From positions 7,068,001 through 7,132,000 of the forward strand of contig NC_087436.1 of assembly GCF_036321535.1 (NCBI RefSeq): a stretch of DNA of 64,000 nt, in the 5' to 3' direction. The DNA is from Camelus dromedarius. Lineage: Eukaryota. The notes below the pieces were generated by a model, which was not told where the DNA came from, made no database searches, and was given only the letters and a program-made list of their open reading frames with translations. Shown here one piece after another: positions 62,346 through 64,000 of the stretch. A program made the position numbers and the translations under genes. Every line of letters starts with the position of its first letter. Within the stretch, counting starts at the first letter, position 1.

Positions 62346-63214
62346 AATGCGTATGTTTTCAGAGCTGAGTCAAACTTTCAATAAGAAAACTATGATTTCA
62401 AAATGTGGACGGACCTACCCATCATTGGTCACAGAGCTGGGACCTATACCACTCTTCTATTAACCGTTTCTCATTGACATTAAGAGCACTAGATTACCCT
62501 GGTAACTGCTCCTTTCTATTAGAGATAAGAGAAAACTGCGAGGCTGTAACCTGGGAGGGAAGGCTTAGAGCAGAGGGTAAAAGCTAATCCAAATTTGGAA
62601 CAGAAAACAGGGGAAGAGACTAAAGATGCTTCCATGATCAACAAGAGCATTGAAGTCCCAAAATACAGCCAGCTTCAGAACCAGTAAATTGGACCTAACA
62701 AAATGCATCTGAAACTGTAGCAATATTGAATGAGGCTCTAAGCCTGTTACTGTCAAGCTGTCTGAGGGGGTGACCTGGGCCAGCAAGACCATGGCCAGCC
62801 TTTGAGCCTTGCCTCAACACAGCTCTGGGGTGGTCCAGGCCAGACCACAGTGTAAATGCCAAATCCCAAGTTCCCAGAGCAGTCCTTTCAGTTTGGGAAA
62901 AGCGGACCACTGGCCAACCATATGTCTGTCAACTGGTAAATTCAGTCGAAAAGCTCACCCTGGGTATTTGTGGACACAGCTCCTATGTGCCTTCTCTTCG
63001 GAGACGCAGACTTTTGCTTGCAGGAGACTCTGAGCATTGCTATGATTTTCTAGTCTAAGTAAATAACCTAGAAGTGGTCAGCATTATGATGTGTATTGCA
63101 CCCTATAGAAATCTTTCTAAGCCGTAAATATACTAAAAGCAGGCAATATCCTGATGTCCCAAAGCAATGTGTCTGTGTAGACTCCATGAGAGTGGACATG
63201 AATGGTAATACCTT

Positions 63215-63415
63215 TGATACACTGAGCCCTTCCTGTGTGCCAGGCATGGCATAAGCATGTCACGTTTAGGGACAGGTCGATCTGTCACAATCCTGTAAGA
63301 CAGATAATATTAAGACGCCGAGGCACAAGGAGGTGAGCATCTTCGCCCACGTTGCAGTTAGAAAGCTGTGGAGCTGGAATGTGAACCCAGCCAGGCCAGC
63401 TCCAGAGGCTGGGCC
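63215..63415 (-). mobile_element. MIR SINE
   Basis: tgtgccaggcatgg...cacaatcctgtaag...gaggcacaaggaggtgag...gagctggaatgtgaacccagcc. Confidence 0.6.
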
Positions 63416-63662
63416 TCACTCGTGGCTCTGTGAATGATCAAATAGTCAGCGATTGAGTTGCTATGTCCAAGAAGGTTATGCAAATGGTTTTCCTTGAAAC
63501 TGCCTTGGCACCCACGATTTCTGGGCACTGGGGAAGGCTTTTTAGTTCAGACGCAGTTTGGAAGTTATTTTTTCCTCGTGAAAAGCAGATGGCTGTAAAA
63601 CCCCTTCTAACCCTGTCTTACCTGATGTGAGTCACGCAGGCTGAAGCAAGAAGCAACGGCAG

Positions 63663-63782
63663 GAGGGGCTATTTCCATAGTAGAACACGTGCTTAGCATG
63701 CACGAGGTCCTGGGTTCAATCCCCAGTACCTCCGTTAAAAATATATTTTTAACAAAATTAAATTAAAAAAAAAAAAGAAAGA
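63663..63782 (+). mobile_element. tRNA-Ala-derived SINE (Vic-1-like)
   Basis: gtgcttagcatgcacgaggtcctgggttcaatccccagtacctcc plus A tail; TSD aagaagcaacggcag (63648-63662) / aagaagcaatgccag (63783-63797). Confidence 0.87.
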
Positions 63783-64000
63783 AAGAAGCAATGCCAGCGC
63801 AGAAAGTTATAGAAACACGAGGGCCAAGATTTGGGGCTGCATATTATTCCTTGTCCGCTCCCCCATTGACCTCCCTCTGGCTTTAGAGAAGTTTGTTTTT
63901 CTCTGCAAAGAATCTCCTATCTCTTGCGCTTTGGGGATTGTTTTTACTTAACTGCTGAGTTTCCCAGTCTTTCCTGTTGCGATCAGTTTGTTTTTCTTTT

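Noticed and set aside
1..64000. Prokaryote-type systems (CRISPR arrays, operons, defence islands) or a second protein-coding gene
   Set aside because: The sequence is a mammalian intron-exon locus with no regularly spaced direct repeats. All recognisable peptides belong to RAPGEF2 or to transposon relics.

Overview
Mammalian (eukaryotic) genomic DNA. The window holds the 3' ~40 kb of RAPGEF2 (PDZ-GEF1/RA-GEF-1/CNrasGEF, Rap guanine nucleotide exchange factor 2) on the + strand. I traced 22 coding exons (6267-44373) by hand; all have GT-AG introns with consistent phases, and they total 4302 nt = 1433 aa + stop. The protein is 5'-partial and covers the CNB-like, REM, PDZ, RA and CDC25/RasGEF domains, the DSGRGS degron, two PPxY motifs and the C-terminal -SAV. 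A ~2 kb 3'UTR ends at overlapping AATAAA signals near 46324. The last ~17.6 kb is repeat-rich intergenic DNA (L1, MaLR LTRs, Charlie1, MER2, MIR). Eight tRNA-Ala-derived SINEs resemble the camelid Vic-1 family, suggesting a camel, alpaca or llama genome. I found no evidence of a wholly new biological system. The best leads are splicing-level: a 24-nt basic microexon, a candidate 12-nt microexon bracketed by inverted SINEs, a possibly decayed alternative exon with an AG>GG acceptor, a NAGNAG acceptor, a strongly GC-shifted penultimate exon, and three miR-19 sites in the 3'UTR. Repeat family names and comparisons with human RAPGEF2 come from recall, not from a search.
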